Of a stretch of 64,000 nt of DNA, positions 27,159-38,171 are shown one piece after another. The position numbers and the translations under genes were made by a program. The stretch is from Thermoproteota archaeon. Lineage in GTDB: Archaea; Korarchaeota; JAOZGF01; JAOZFZ01. Positions within the stretch are counted from its first letter, which is position 1. Every line of letters begins with the position of its first letter. The notes beneath the pieces were generated by a model, which saw only the letters and a list, made by a program, of their open reading frames with translations, made no database searches and was not told where the DNA came from. Where the stretch lies: positions 352,001 to 416,000 of the forward strand of contig JAOZFT010000004.1 in NCBI GenBank assembly GCA_027492035.1, read 5' to 3'.

Positions 27159-27932
27159 CTAATGTTTTGTTTCTCTTTCTTCTATTCTTTTCAGTAACGA
27201 AGCTAATTCTTTTATTTTTTTCTTTTCAGCATAGGTTAATATTTCTTCCACTTCACTCAAGGATAACTTAACAAATCTTTTACTTCTTTTGCTCACAATT
27301 CCCATTTCAATAGCTTCAGGTTGCAGCTCTTCTTTTTTATCAGTTTTTAGACATCGGACCCCAAGCTCTACTGCTTCAGGTAGAGACATGTTCCCTTTAT
27401 ATGTTTTCTCCAAGTAATCACGTATCGAATCACTTCTTTCACCAACTGCTACAGCTTTATAACCATAAAAGGCGCCGCTTGGGTGGGTAATATAAAGCTC
27501 TAACTTATTATCTATTCCTCCTATTATTAACATTACACCGAAAGGCCTAACTCCTCCTGTTTGAGTGTATAACTGAATATAGTCACATAATCTTTTAGTG
27601 AGTAATAAGGTACTAATCGGTTCACCAAAAGTTAACTTGTTGGATTGTGCTTCTTCCCTGGCTCTAGTAATTAGTGCTCTTGCATCACCATAAAGTCCGC
27701 ACATCACTGCACCGATATGGTCATCTATCACAAATATTTTTTCTATGCTTTCAGGCTCCATTAACTTATCTATTTGCTTTTCAGCCAATAACACGATCCC
27801 TTCTGGAGTTTTTATCCCAATTGCAGAGGGAGCTCTTTTAACAGCTTTTTCTGCATAATCAACTTGGTACAGTTTTCCCTCCGGACTGAAAATGGTTATT
27901 GCTCTATCATAACCTGTTTGAGCTGGGAACAT
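27159..27932 (-). CDS. psmA: Proteasome alpha subunit
   Basis: '[20 protein letters not shown]', 'RPFGV'. Confidence 0.97.
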   Translation of the reverse strand: MFPAQTGYDRAITIFSPEGKLYQVDYAEKAVKRAPSAIGIKTPEGIVLLAEKQIDKLMEPESIEKIFVIDDHIGAVMCGLYGDARALITRAREEAQSNKLTFGEPISTLLLTKRLCDYIQLYTQTGGVRPFGVMLIIGGIDNKLELYITHPSGAFYGYKAVAVGERSDSIRDYLEKTYKGNMSLPEAVELGVRCLKTDKKEELQPEAIEMGIVSKRSKRFVKLSLSEVEEILTYAEKKKIKELASLLKRIEERETKH

Positions 27933-27952
27933 GGTACATTACCTCCTTTCCT

Positions 27953-28300
27953 TTATTTTTTTAACTTTTCCCTCAAGGACTTTATTGTCCCACTTAGTAG
28001 AAGAGGTATTAAGTTTATTCTTTTTCCTTTATAGGAGAAAATTAAGGATAGTACTCCCATTATTTGATATTTATATTTTGCGTTAAATTGAATTACTCCC
28101 AAGTTTTCCAGGTTATTCCATTCAATCAGCCACAAACCGGAGTCAGCTACTTTAATTTCTCCTAATAAATTGATGGCAGCTTCCCAAATTATTTTTTCAA
28201 CTTCTTTTTTAGTAAACTTAACAGGTTCTTGAGTTGCCAACTTGAATGCTAAATACCTCCTTCTTTCTCGGTACTTAATTGGGATTTTTATTTTAGGCAG
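27953..28300 (-). CDS. rnp2: RNase P subunit Pop5/Rpp14, probable CTG start
   Basis: Frame extends upstream of 28240 to include the 'RERRRYLAF' motif; AGGTG SD 7 nt before CTG at 28300; 'SGTIK' motif. Confidence 0.85.
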   Translation of the reverse strand: MPKIKIPIKYRERRRYLAFKLATQEPVKFTKKEVEKIIWEAAINLLGEIKVADSGLWLIEWNNLENLGVIQFNAKYKYQIMGVLSLIFSYKGKRINLIPLLLSGTIKSLREKLKK

Positions 28301-28310
28301 AAAGAAACAC

Positions 28311-29027
28311 CTAACCGGATTTTTTCTTCGAGTTTTTGCTGATTATTTCAGCTGGGAAGAGGGAAACTGTTTTTTTTGCGTAGTTGTAATCTAAACCTAG
28401 TAAAACAGCCGTGGACATAAATTGCAAGGGTGTTTTCATTTCAATTAAATTTTTTGCATCGGAGGAGAAGATTATCTTGTTACCGTAATGTTTAACTATT
28501 TTCATTTCAAGCATCAGCCTCCTAAGCACAGTAGCTTTTCTCCTAGCCCTTAAGTAACCTAAGAAACTGGTTTTTACTTCGTAGGAGGTATCTCCTTCTA
28601 ACATGAACCTAGAAGTGATTTTGTCAACCATTACCTCTCTTTTCGTTGAAGTAATTGCTAATCCATCAATCAAAGGGGATTTAGCCGCCCATCTGGCAAC
28701 TGTTAAATTTTCTGTGGAAAGTGAAATATAATCGACGTGTCTTCTAACCCTCACCACCTCTCTTTTTGCCTCTTTTAAACTGTTTTCAAATAAGTCTGCT
28801 GCTAAATGGATTCGGTAATTTAAAACCTTTCTTTTGATCTTTATTTCCTTTTGAAGCTCTCCAGCCTTTTTTATGTTATCTTTAGTGACATCTGCTAGGG
28901 CTATGTTTGAAAAACCTAATTTTTTCGCGTTTTCAACAATTTCCTCCACGGTGTTTTCACCTACTGAAAGGTTTGAATGGATGTGTAGATCAATCCATGT
29001 AGATTTAATTGGTAGAGGTGTTTTCAT
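28311..29027 (-). CDS. rnp3: RNase P subunit Rpp30 (PHP fold)
   Basis: 'DLHIH', 'SSDA...EMKTP'; context. Confidence 0.88.
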   Translation of the reverse strand: MKTPLPIKSTWIDLHIHSNLSVGENTVEEIVENAKKLGFSNIALADVTKDNIKKAGELQKEIKIKRKVLNYRIHLAADLFENSLKEAKREVVRVRRHVDYISLSTENLTVARWAAKSPLIDGLAITSTKREVMVDKITSRFMLEGDTSYEVKTSFLGYLRARRKATVLRRLMLEMKIVKHYGNKIIFSSDAKNLIEMKTPLQFMSTAVLLGLDYNYAKKTVSLFPAEIISKNSKKKSG

Positions 29028-29455
29028 TTTCTGTTTAACCTCTCTTCAAGTTCTTTCCTGTTCAACTTATCATAGTGTATTTCAATTTTAACAGTATCCC
29101 CCTCCTCTCTTATAACGAATTCTTTTCTAAATGCTTTTTGCTTATCTAAACGTAAAAACAATGTATTATGGCTTACTCTTCTCGAAAGAGTATTTTTTAA
29201 TGTCTTAATACCACTGCTTCCTAATCTCCTGAACAAATTCTCCTCAATAGAAGCTAATTGTTCCTGTTGATCTCTATCCTTTATTTCCACTGTTAGAACT
29301 GTTATTGGGTTATGGTATAACCCGTAAACTCTTTCCTTTTTTGCTGGGAGAGACTGTTGAAAAGGTTGCAAAATATTCTTTAACGCCTGCAAAACTTTGT
29401 TCTCATCCTCTGTTGCATGGACGTGTGCTCTCACTCTAATTTTAACAGGTTTCAA
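29024..29455 (-). CDS. DUF54 exosome-associated RNA-binding protein
   Basis: 'HATEDENKV', 'GLYHNPI', 'LRLDKQKA'. Confidence 0.9.
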   Translation of the reverse strand: MKPVKIRVRAHVHATEDENKVLQALKNILQPFQQSLPAKKERVYGLYHNPITVLTVEIKDRDQQEQLASIEENLFRRLGSSGIKTLKNTLSRRVSHNTLFLRLDKQKAFRKEFVIREEGDTVKIEIHYDKLNRKELEERLNRK

Positions 29456-29463
29456 TTTAGCTC

Positions 29464-30048
29464 TTACTTCCCTTTATGGCTGTGGCTTCTTGTGCTAGGT
29501 CTTATTTTCTCGCTTCCTTTCCCCTTCCTCCTTAACCCCCTCATTTTCTTGCCTGCGCTAGTCAATCCTCTGTACACTCTCCCCTTGTGGCAAGGTCTAT
29601 TTATCCAATTAAAGCCTTTCTTACTTTTTATTACTGGATGATGAGGGTCTATGAGTATAACTTCATAGTACTTGTATTGGCCATCCTCACCAACCCAGTA
29701 GCTGTTTAACACTTCCAGATTGGGGTACTTTCTATTGGCTTTTTCTTCCGCTATCATTGCTAAGTTTTTCTTCGGCTTTATTTGTTTTATACCCATTCTT
29801 TTATTTTTTCTCCCCATTCTTGGCCTTGCTTTGCGCAGGTTGCCACGTCTAACCCGGACTCTCACTACCACTATTCCTTGAATGCTTTTGTATCCAAGTC
29901 TTCTCGCCCTGTCTATTCTTGTAGGCTTATCTAGCCGAGTAACTACAGGCTCTTTTCTCCATGCCCTAACTCTCTCTTTATAAAGATTTATCATAGGTTC
30001 TTCTTTGAAATTTTTCCATGCTTCATTTAAGTAACTATAGAAACCCAC
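29464..30048 (-). CDS. rpl15e: 50S ribosomal protein L15e
   Basis: '[13 protein letters not shown]', 'VLNSYWV', 'RGLTSAG'. Confidence 0.97.
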   Translation of the reverse strand: MGFYSYLNEAWKNFKEEPMINLYKERVRAWRKEPVVTRLDKPTRIDRARRLGYKSIQGIVVVRVRVRRGNLRKARPRMGRKNKRMGIKQIKPKKNLAMIAEEKANRKYPNLEVLNSYWVGEDGQYKYYEVILIDPHHPVIKSKKGFNWINRPCHKGRVYRGLTSAGKKMRGLRRKGKGSEKIRPSTRSHSHKGK

Positions 30049-30204
30049 TTTTCCTCTCCTCTTTTCTTTTAGTGAAACTTTTATTGCTCTGAATTTTTCC
30101 TTTCTTCTCCTCCATCACTTTAAAGGAGAAACTTTTTCAATAATGTTGCCTCCTCTTCTAAATATAAATTTTTTTGTTAAGGAAATGAAAAGGGGAGGTA
30201 ATTA

Positions 30205-31410
30205 ATGTTAGTGGGTTTATGTGGCAAAACAAACGTGGGAAAAACCACTTTTTTTAATGCTTTAACACTCGCAAATGCAAAGGTGGCTCCCCATCCATTC
30301 ACCACCATTAACGCAAATGAGGGGGTGGGGTATGTAAAAATAAAGTGCGTATGTAAAGAGTATGGTGTGAAATGTAACCCAAAAACAGGTTTCTGCTTAA
30401 ATAATTACAGGTTTATCCCTGTTAAAATCCTCGACGTGGCAGGGTTAGTAAGGGATGCTCATAAGGGCAGGGGATTGGGAAACAAGTTTCTTGATGACCT
30501 TCGAAAAGCTGACGTGAACATTTTAGTGGTGGATGCATCTGGCCGAACCGATGAAGAAGGAAAACCTTGTAAAAAAGGAACTTATGATCCTATTGAAGAT
30601 GTAAACTTAGTAATGAATGAGTTCACCTTCTGGATTAGGGATTTACTGATTAAAAACTGGAGGAAAATACTTGGGAAACTGCTTAAAGACCCAACTAAAT
30701 TTGAAGAAATCCTGTTACAGGAACTTTCAGGTTTAGGGTTGAAACGCGCCTCGCTTAAATCTAGTTTAGATGAAACAGGTTTAAGAAATAAGAAACCTAG
30801 GGACTGGACCTCCCAAGATCTAATGAATTTTGCACGGAAACTACTTGAACACGGGAAGCCTTTCATCGTAGCAGCTAACAAAATCGATGTGGAAAACTCC
30901 AGTGTGAACGTGGAAAAAATAATGGATAAAGGGTACACTGTCATCCCCACCTCAGCCGAAGCTGAGTTAGCTTTGAGAAAAGCCTCGGAGAAAGGGATAA
31001 TTTCCTATGTTCCAGGTGAGGAAAAGTTTAAGTTAATTAAACAAGAAGTTCCTACTGAAATAAAGAAAGCGTTAGAGTTGATAGATAAGAGGGTGCTGAG
31101 GAAATGGGGCAGTACAGGTGTTCAACAATGTTTAAACAAGGCAGTGTTTGAAACAGCCCACTACATAGCAATTTTTCCTGTAGAAAACGAAAAAACTTTA
31201 ACAGATCATCAAGGTAATGTTTTACCTGATGTATACTTGGTTCCAAAAGGTACAACAGTGAAACAGTTCGCAGGGTTAATCCATACTGACTTAGAAAAAA
31301 CGTTCCTTTTCGCTTTGCTGGTCAATGAGAATAACAAAAGAGTAGGAGCTGACTACGCTTTAAAGCACCGGGATATAGTAAAAATTGTCTCAGCTAAAGG
31401 GAGAAAATAG
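30205..31410 (+). CDS. ychF: YchF/Ola1-like OBG-family NTPase
   Basis: 'GKTNVGKTT', 'PFTT', 'DVAGLV', 'NKID', TGS domain. Confidence 0.94.
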   Translation: MLVGLCGKTNVGKTTFFNALTLANAKVAPHPFTTINANEGVGYVKIKCVCKEYGVKCNPKTGFCLNNYRFIPVKILDVAGLVRDAHKGRGLGNKFLDDLRKADVNILVVDASGRTDEEGKPCKKGTYDPIEDVNLVMNEFTFWIRDLLIKNWRKILGKLLKDPTKFEEILLQELSGLGLKRASLKSSLDETGLRNKKPRDWTSQDLMNFARKLLEHGKPFIVAANKIDVENSSVNVEKIMDKGYTVIPTSAEAELALRKASEKGIISYVPGEEKFKLIKQEVPTEIKKALELIDKRVLRKWGSTGVQQCLNKAVFETAHYIAIFPVENEKTLTDHQGNVLPDVYLVPKGTTVKQFAGLIHTDLEKTFLFALLVNENNKRVGADYALKHRDIVKIVSAKGRK

Positions 31411-31572
31411 ACTAAAAACTTTTCAGTTTTTCACAACTCTCTCTTTCCCTCGTAAATGAAGAACAAAGTTTAAAAGTGGAGAAGCTCTCTTTTTTAATCG
31501 TTCCCCCCATTTCCAAAAAGTTTGTTTAATTTATAAAGATTGCCTTCAAAACCTGAAACTTTCCTTGTGTGA

Positions 31573-33198
31573 ATGGGAATGACATCGGAGAAGAAATATT
31601 CCTTCTGGCTAGATAAAATAGCTGATGACATAATAACTAAAAGACATGACATTACTAGACTTAAAGTTTTACGGGTTGAATGTGGAATAGGAGCTTCAGG
31701 AATCCCTCACATAGGAAGTGTAAGCGATGCTTTGAGATCTTATGGTGTAAAACTGGCTTTGGAGGATAAAGGATACAAGTCTGAGTTGATAGTTTATGCT
31801 GATGATAGAGATGGGTTAAGGAAGGTTCCTTCTGGTTTGCCTTCCTCCCTAAACAAATATTTAGGTTTTCCAGTTACAGACATTCCTGACCCTTTCCATT
31901 GCCACGATTCCTTCGGGGAACATATAGAGAGTTTATTCTTGGATGCACTGGACAAGTTAGGTATAGAATATATCTTCAAGTCTGGGACAGCTGTTTACAA
32001 AAGCGGTTACCTAGATAAATTCATTGAGAAAATTTTGTTAAATGCGGAAAAAGTGAGAGAAATAGATGTAGCCTTAACAAAAGCTAAAAGAGAGAAAAAC
32101 TGGGTTTACTACTGGCCTGTTTGTGAAAACTGTGGAAGAATCTATACTACATTCGCCTATAAAGTTTTGCCGAAGGAGAAAAAGGTTCTTTACAGATGCA
32201 CAAATGAATTCAAAGGTGTAAAAGGTTGCGGTTATGAAGGAGAAGCTAGTTATGTTGAGGGAAATGGTAAATTAGCTTGGAAAAGTGAATTTGCGGCGCG
32301 ATGGGCTGCTTTCAACATAGTTTTCGAGGCTAGGGGGAAAGATATAGAGGACTCCTTTATCGTAAATCAAAAGATAGCTGAGGAAATCTTAGGAATAGAG
32401 CCTCCAAATTCGATAAGATATGAACTATTCCTTAGCAAATCCGGCCAAAAAATTTCTAAATCGATAGGTAATGTATTTACTCCACAAGTTTGGTTCAGGT
32501 ACGGTTCCCCTGAATCTTTAAGGCTCATTATGTTTAAACGCTATCAAGGAACCAGGAAACTAGGGATTGAAGACATCCCAACTTACATGGATGAATTTGA
32601 TGAATTAGAAGAACTGTATTTTAACCTTTCACAAATCAAAAATGAAAGAGAGAAGGTGAGAATAAAAAGACTTTATGAGTACACTAACCTTCTCAAACCT
32701 CCCCCTAAACAAAGGGTCCACATTCCCTATTTGACAGGAGTAGAACTAATTGCCTCTATACCCAGTGGACTAAGTCAAAAAAATAAATTTAAATTGTTCC
32801 TTCAATTAATTTCGTCACAATTCAATATAGAAATTTTTAGGCTTTATTCTAAAGAAAACCCTGAAATCAAAACTAGGTTCAATTTCTTCTTGAACTGGTA
32901 TGAAGACCTTGTAAGGAAAGAAGTTCCTCCAAAGAAGTTAAGTGAAACCGAAATAAATTTCTTAAAGGACCTGCTTCAAAGAATCAATGAAAGGGTTTCA
33001 CCAGAAAAGGTTCAAGAGTTAATTTTTGAAATTGCACGTCAATACAGTTTACAAATTTCTAAAGCTTTTAAGGTTATCTACATAGTTCTAATAGGTCGAA
33101 ATAGGGGACCTAAAATAAGCACCTACGTTAAAGTTTTAGGAGTTAAGGATTTTATTGAAATCCTGAAAAAGAATCTTAAACTTTATGAAGCAGCTTGA
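31573..33198 (+). CDS. lysS: Class I lysyl-tRNA synthetase
   Basis: 'GASGIPHIG', 'DGLRKVP', 'GKLAWK', 'KISKSIGN'. Confidence 0.95.
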   Translation: MGMTSEKKYSFWLDKIADDIITKRHDITRLKVLRVECGIGASGIPHIGSVSDALRSYGVKLALEDKGYKSELIVYADDRDGLRKVPSGLPSSLNKYLGFPVTDIPDPFHCHDSFGEHIESLFLDALDKLGIEYIFKSGTAVYKSGYLDKFIEKILLNAEKVREIDVALTKAKREKNWVYYWPVCENCGRIYTTFAYKVLPKEKKVLYRCTNEFKGVKGCGYEGEASYVEGNGKLAWKSEFAARWAAFNIVFEARGKDIEDSFIVNQKIAEEILGIEPPNSIRYELFLSKSGQKISKSIGNVFTPQVWFRYGSPESLRLIMFKRYQGTRKLGIEDIPTYMDEFDELEELYFNLSQIKNEREKVRIKRLYEYTNLLKPPPKQRVHIPYLTGVELIASIPSGLSQKNKFKLFLQLISSQFNIEIFRLYSKENPEIKTRFNFFLNWYEDLVRKEVPPKKLSETEINFLKDLLQRINERVSPEKVQELIFEIARQYSLQISKAFKVIYIVLIGRNRGPKISTYVKVLGVKDFIEILKKNLKLYEAA

Positions 33199-33791
33199 GT
33201 TTCTTCCTTTCCTAAAACAACTACCTTACGGATCTCAAACCTGTTCATCCTTGCTATCTTATCCACTTTCTTTCTTAACTCATTTATAAACGTGTCAGGT
33301 TCTTTTATGAAAAGCTGTGAAAAAACATCATTTATTGTTGAGTTTGAAACAAACTTTATTAATTCATCCTTCATCAGCATCCTAATAGCGTGTTTAATCG
33401 AGTTAATTACTCTCTTCTCTGTAAAAACCACCCCAAACATATGTAAAAAGTATCCATCTTTCGTTTTTGCCTTTATCTCAGCGTCTATTCTAGAAGTACC
33501 TCTCCTGACAAGGCTTTTAAGGTAAGCATTGGTTATGTATTCCTTGCTGAACTCTGTTTTAGCTTTACTGTCTAAAACATCTGTGATTTTGAAAATTATC
33601 TTTATTTGGTCGTGCTGGTAGTCCCCTGTTAATTCAAACAATGAGATCTCCACTCTTCTCCCTACAAGTTTCTCAGGTTTATCCGCTAAAGTTTCTCCTA
33701 TTTTCATATTTTTGAAAAGATTTTCAGGTGCGTAAATCTCATACCATTTCTTCAGTTTCCAAGTGTCAACTTTCCTTCTCCTGCCAGGCAT
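33183..33791 (-). CDS. rps3ae: 30S ribosomal protein S3Ae
   Basis: 'DTWKLKKWY', 'SLVRRGTSRID'. Confidence 0.96.
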   Translation of the reverse strand: MPGRRRKVDTWKLKKWYEIYAPENLFKNMKIGETLADKPEKLVGRRVEISLFELTGDYQHDQIKIIFKITDVLDSKAKTEFSKEYITNAYLKSLVRRGTSRIDAEIKAKTKDGYFLHMFGVVFTEKRVINSIKHAIRMLMKDELIKFVSNSTINDVFSQLFIKEPDTFINELRKKVDKIARMNRFEIRKVVVLGKEETQAAS

Positions 33792-34009
33792 TACTCCACC
33801 AACTCCTCCTTCTCTCTTAATGAAGTAAAGAAGTTATTTAAGAAAGTTATTGTTTCAGGTTCAATTTTTAGAAAATAAAGGTTTATTTCTGCGAATTCGG
33901 AAGTTTCCGAAAAATTTATTTCTATACCTTTAATCTTCTCTATATCAACCTTCTTCATCCGCTCTCCGCGTGGTAGAATTAACTTCACCCTTACCTTTCC
34001 TTTAACCAA
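33791..34009 (-). CDS. Small protein, probable highly diverged Pcc1 paralog (Pcc2)
   Basis: 72 aa, coupled between the DHH gene and S3Ae where Pcc2 usually lies; motif match is weak. Confidence 0.4.
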   Translation of the reverse strand: MVKGKVRVKLILPRGERMKKVDIEKIKGIEINFSETSEFAEINLYFLKIEPETITFLNNFFTSLREKEELVE

Positions 34010-34027
34010 TTCTCTTTCCTCTTTTCC

Positions 34028-35434
34028 TTAAAAATGTTGGAATTGATTTATTTCCTTCATTAATTCGTTTAAAAAGATACCTATTTTCTCTTTCTTTATT
34101 TCTGCTCCTGCTGCTTTCCTGTGACCTCCTCCAAAGCAACTTATCTTTTTAGTAATTTCTCTCACAACTTTCCCGAGCTCCAATTTTTCTAGTTCAGGTT
34201 TAGCCCTAATTGAAACTTTATATGTTTCGTTATTCATTTCAGCTATACCTATTACAACTCCCTTATCCTTTAGGGAAGTTAAAAGAATGGATGAAACTGT
34301 GCCTATCATTGTATCCTTTATATTAGCTTGAGGTTTAATGACTGCTATTCCGTTTCTAGAATCCACTAATTTGCTATTTTTTAATTTGTTTAAGTAACCA
34401 GCTAATTCCTTCCTGTATTTAACCATTAACTTGTCTGCTTCCTCTAATACCTCCCTTTTTCTACTTAAACCAAGTAAAACCCCTATCTCAGGCTTGCCTA
34501 ATCTTCCACATCCATTCAAAATGGTTGAAAACTCCCTTGCATCCTTAAGTCTCTCTTCTTTCTCCACTAAATTTATGTAGTGGGTAGCTATTATATCTAA
34601 AGGTTTTGAAGGAGTTTCTCCTTCAGCAATCCTCCTTATTATCTCTTCAGTTAATTTTTTCTTTTCTTCAGCAGTTAAGTCCACTAACCTTCTCCAATTA
34701 CCCTCTTCATCTTTTAATCTGATCCCCAGCTTTTTTAATAAAGCCACAGCTTCTGTCTCATCTCCGGAAACACCAGGAATATAAGGGTGGAAAGTATATT
34801 CTAAAGACTTGTGCAAGGGTCGAGAGTATCTTCCGAATAGATTTAAATCCAGCTCTTCTTTTATTTTTCTGGTTTTTTCTCCTTGGCGTACAATTTCCCT
34901 GTTTAAACCGATTAAACTGTTTCTTTCTCCCTTATCCTGCCTGTCCCCTACTGCTCCAACCACTACTAGCCATTCATTACTGTTTTCAGGGGGAAGTAAT
35001 TCTTTTATTACAAAGTAAGTAACTCCTACTCCACTTATCTCCTTTTCTCCGTCTATTCCAAAAAAATGAGGATTCACTTGCCTAATTTTTTCACTTTCTT
35101 TTTCAGGAAGGTGGTGGTCTAAAACAAAAACTTTTTTCCCCTTAAGTCTCTCCTCTAATTGACTTATCTGTCCACTTCCTAAATCGGTGAAAATATATGT
35201 TTCGTATTTTTCCTTTGTAAGGGCACCTATTACTTCAATGCTTAACTGCTTCACAATTGAAAGGTGGAAGTCGGCTTTCTTATTAAGTAATGCATGAGAT
35301 AGTATACAAGCAGATGATAAACCGTCTGAATCTAGATGAGATACACACCTTACCATCTTCCCTTCTTCTATTTCCTCCTCTATCTCCTTTCTTACATCCC
35401 TAGAAAGAACTATGAAGTTTTTTCTATCGCTCAA
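34028..35434 (-). CDS. RecJ/GAN-like DHH-DHHA1 phosphoesterase
   Basis: 'HLDSDG', 'TDLG', 'DHH', 'GGGHRKAAG'. Confidence 0.92.
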   Translation of the reverse strand: MSDRKNFIVLSRDVRKEIEEEIEEGKMVRCVSHLDSDGLSSACILSHALLNKKADFHLSIVKQLSIEVIGALTKEKYETYIFTDLGSGQISQLEERLKGKKVFVLDHHLPEKESEKIRQVNPHFFGIDGEKEISGVGVTYFVIKELLPPENSNEWLVVVGAVGDRQDKGERNSLIGLNREIVRQGEKTRKIKEELDLNLFGRYSRPLHKSLEYTFHPYIPGVSGDETEAVALLKKLGIRLKDEEGNWRRLVDLTAEEKKKLTEEIIRRIAEGETPSKPLDIIATHYINLVEKEERLKDAREFSTILNGCGRLGKPEIGVLLGLSRKREVLEEADKLMVKYRKELAGYLNKLKNSKLVDSRNGIAVIKPQANIKDTMIGTVSSILLTSLKDKGVVIGIAEMNNETYKVSIRAKPELEKLELGKVVREITKKISCFGGGHRKAAGAEIKKEKIGIFLNELMKEINQFQHF

Positions 35435-35901
35435 ATACGTGACACCATGACTGAAGCCTGCTCTCGGCTGTATCTCCAGTTAGCAGGTAGCACTCCTCTT
35501 CTTTTATAGTACTTGGCAAGTCTCTGTATTTTTGACTCTACAAGTTGAAGTCCCCTTTTGTTATGTAAGTCTTTCCTGTGCTTTTTTAAGTGGTCGTTTA
35601 AATGTACAGCTTTCTTTAATAGATTCATTAAGTCCTCCGGGATTTGAGGTGCTAAATTTTTCTCTTCCAGCACCTTTTTCAATTTCTTTCCATAAATAGC
35701 TCTAACTAAAGGCACACCATACTTGTCCCTAAGTATCAAGCCTATCTTGCTTGGGGGAGTGCCTTTTTTAGCAAGTTCTGTTATGATTTGGTCAATTTCC
35801 TCCTTTATGCCAGGTCTATCTTTTAACCATTTAGGTAAAGCAATATTTACTGGTCTTGTTGAATGAGATTTACCCTTCCTTCTTATATGCATCCTAGCCA
35901 T
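35431..35901 (-). CDS. rps15: 30S ribosomal protein uS15
   Basis: 'MARMH...GKSHSTRP', 'IPEDL', 'ESKIQRLAKYY'. Confidence 0.97.
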   Translation of the reverse strand: MARMHIRRKGKSHSTRPVNIALPKWLKDRPGIKEEIDQIITELAKKGTPPSKIGLILRDKYGVPLVRAIYGKKLKKVLEEKNLAPQIPEDLMNLLKKAVHLNDHLKKHRKDLHNKRGLQLVESKIQRLAKYYKRRGVLPANWRYSREQASVMVSRI

Positions 35902-35964
35902 TTCTAATTTACCTCCTTGTCCCTCCGTTTAAACCTAACTTTAAGGGTGAAAAACGGAATTTTT

Positions 35965-36564
35965 TTAACTTCCCCTCTTCAGGTTTCTTTCTTCTCTTAA
36001 CCATTCAGCAAGTTTCCTTGCAGCTCTTCCTCGGTGGGAAAAAATATTCTTTTCATGTGTTGTCATTTCTCCATATGTTTTATCGGATTTTAAGGGTTTA
36101 AAAATGGGGTCGTAACCCCATCCTTTCCCTCTTATTTTAGTTGTTATTTCACCCTCCACTACCCCTTTAAAAAGCTTTATTTTAATTTGTTGATCCCAGT
36201 ACCCGATCACGGTAACGAATTTACTTCTCCTATTCTCTTTATTTTTTAACAACTTAAGTATTCCTTTTAAACCTATCTTCTGGAATACAAAGGATGCATA
36301 TGGGCCTGGGAAACCATTTAAACCTTCTATAAATAAACCTGTATCTTCTAGAAACCCAGGTTCCGGATGTTTCATCCTTGCTACTGCTACACAGTATTCA
36401 ACTATCTCTTCCAATTTTTCACTTTGAATTTCTTTTGGTTTTTCATTTATTTTGATAAGTTCTATACCGTAAGGAGCTAATACTTGCTTTATTTCAATAA
36501 ATTTCCCGTAGTTACTGGTGAAAAAATTTATTTTGTACGTTTTTGATATCTTCCCCGCCTCCAT
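35965..36564 (-). CDS. rdgB: RdgB/HAM1 non-canonical purine NTP pyrophosphatase
   Basis: 'EDTGL', 'GFPGPY', 'GWGYDPIF', 'SHR'. Confidence 0.95.
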   Translation of the reverse strand: MEAGKISKTYKINFFTSNYGKFIEIKQVLAPYGIELIKINEKPKEIQSEKLEEIVEYCVAVARMKHPEPGFLEDTGLFIEGLNGFPGPYASFVFQKIGLKGILKLLKNKENRRSKFVTVIGYWDQQIKIKLFKGVVEGEITTKIRGKGWGYDPIFKPLKSDKTYGEMTTHEKNIFSHRGRAARKLAEWLREERNLKRGS

Positions 36565-38171
36565 ATTTTCTCCATTCCAAAAATGACTTTATCACCTTTT
36601 TTAAAACTCTTTTTATAACTTCCCATTATCTCTTTAAATGTTTCTTCAGAAATTTTCCAGTGGTTATTTTCCAAAGATTTCTTTAAAACAAAGAGGTCGG
36701 TTGAGAAATCCTCAATGTTGTTTGAGTGTTTACCTAAACCGAAATCTATCATAAAAATCGTTCCATTTTGCAAGATTACATTAGATGTAGTTAAATCACC
36801 ATGAATTAACCCTTTACTGTGAAGTTTAGCAACGTATTCCCCTAATTTTTTTGAAACTTTAGCTCTGGCTGTCCTATTTAACTGTTCTAAAACTTTACTT
36901 AGGGGAGGTCCCTCCAGATACTCCATTGTTAAAGTGCATCTCCTCAAATCTACGTCGTAAATGGTTGGTGTATGTATACCTAGAAGTTTGGCCTTATGGA
37001 GCAGAATGGCTTCTTCACGTGTCCTTGCTTTTCTCAGTTTCGCATCTAATGCTGAGTCTCTGTAATCTTTCTTCAACCTAACCTTCTTTATTGCTTCTAA
37101 ACCGAGCCATTTAGTCCGGTAAATAACCGCTTCTGCACCTACATCTATTATTTCTCCCTTTTTCTTTTTAAGCTGTGTTTCTCTTTCATTGCTCCACTTT
37201 ATTTCCACCTGATCTACTCTCCATTTTTGTTTTATTCTGCTTTTATCTAAGGTTATCCCCCCAGAAAATAAATATTTTAGTATTCCTGTCCAAGCTATCA
37301 TGGCGCCGTTGTCGACGCAATACTCTCTTTTCGGGACAAAGAAGCTGATTTCCCGTGCTTCACACATTTCTTTCAACATTTTCTGTAACCTTCTTGCTGA
37401 AGCTACTCCTCCGGTTAAGAGAAGTTCCTCCTTTTTTGTGTATGCTAATGCTCTTTCAGAAGCTTCTGTAACCATTGCGAAGCAGTTATGTTCGAAAGAG
37501 AAACATACATCGTGAACTTTTTCGCCATTCTTTATTTTTCTCTCAGCTTCTGTTAATAAACCGCTAAAGCTGAAATCCATCCCTTTTACAACATAAGGAA
37601 GATCAATCCATTTTCCTTTTTCTGCTAATTCATCTATCTTTGGCCCTGCTGGAAATTCTAGTCCTAAAATCCTGCCTAAACTGTCTATGGCATTCCCTAA
37701 AGCCACATCCAAAGTTTCACCAAAAACTTTGTATTTCCTTTCACTACAAGCTATTATTTGAGTGTTCCCTCCCGACACATAAACTATTAAAGGGTCTACG
37801 GCTCCAGTAGTTAACTTACCTATCTCTATGTGCGCTACTGCATGATTAACTCCAACTAGCGGCTTCTTTAGATTAGAGGCTAATGTCCTAGCAGCTATTG
37901 CCCCTATTCTTAAGCAGGGAGGAAGTCCTGGTCCCTGTGAAAATGCTATTAGGTCAATATCTTCAATTCCTTTCTTACTTACTTGCAAAGCTTTTTGCAG
38001 TAAAATTTTTAAATTTAACAAATGATTTTCAGCAGCTTTCCTGGGATGGATCCCCTCTCCCCTATAAGAAGTTTTCACATTTGCAAGTATTTTTCCTTGG
38101 GAGGACACTACCCCTATCCCTAGAGTGTGGGCAGTTGACTCTATACCTAGACAAGTTATTTCAGGTTTCAT
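36528..38171 (-). CDS. kae1: Fused Kae1-Bud32 (KEOPS t6A enzyme and kinase)
   Basis: 'GIESTAHT', 'HAVAHIE', 'DNGAMIA', then kinase motifs 'GAEA', 'HGDLTTSN', 'IDFG'. Confidence 0.96.
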   Translation of the reverse strand: MKPEITCLGIESTAHTLGIGVVSSQGKILANVKTSYRGEGIHPRKAAENHLLNLKILLQKALQVSKKGIEDIDLIAFSQGPGLPPCLRIGAIAARTLASNLKKPLVGVNHAVAHIEIGKLTTGAVDPLIVYVSGGNTQIIACSERKYKVFGETLDVALGNAIDSLGRILGLEFPAGPKIDELAEKGKWIDLPYVVKGMDFSFSGLLTEAERKIKNGEKVHDVCFSFEHNCFAMVTEASERALAYTKKEELLLTGGVASARRLQKMLKEMCEAREISFFVPKREYCVDNGAMIAWTGILKYLFSGGITLDKSRIKQKWRVDQVEIKWSNERETQLKKKKGEIIDVGAEAVIYRTKWLGLEAIKKVRLKKDYRDSALDAKLRKARTREEAILLHKAKLLGIHTPTIYDVDLRRCTLTMEYLEGPPLSKVLEQLNRTARAKVSKKLGEYVAKLHSKGLIHGDLTTSNVILQNGTIFMIDFGLGKHSNNIEDFSTDLFVLKKSLENNHWKISEETFKEIMGSYKKSFKKGDKVIFGMEKIWRRGRYQKRTK

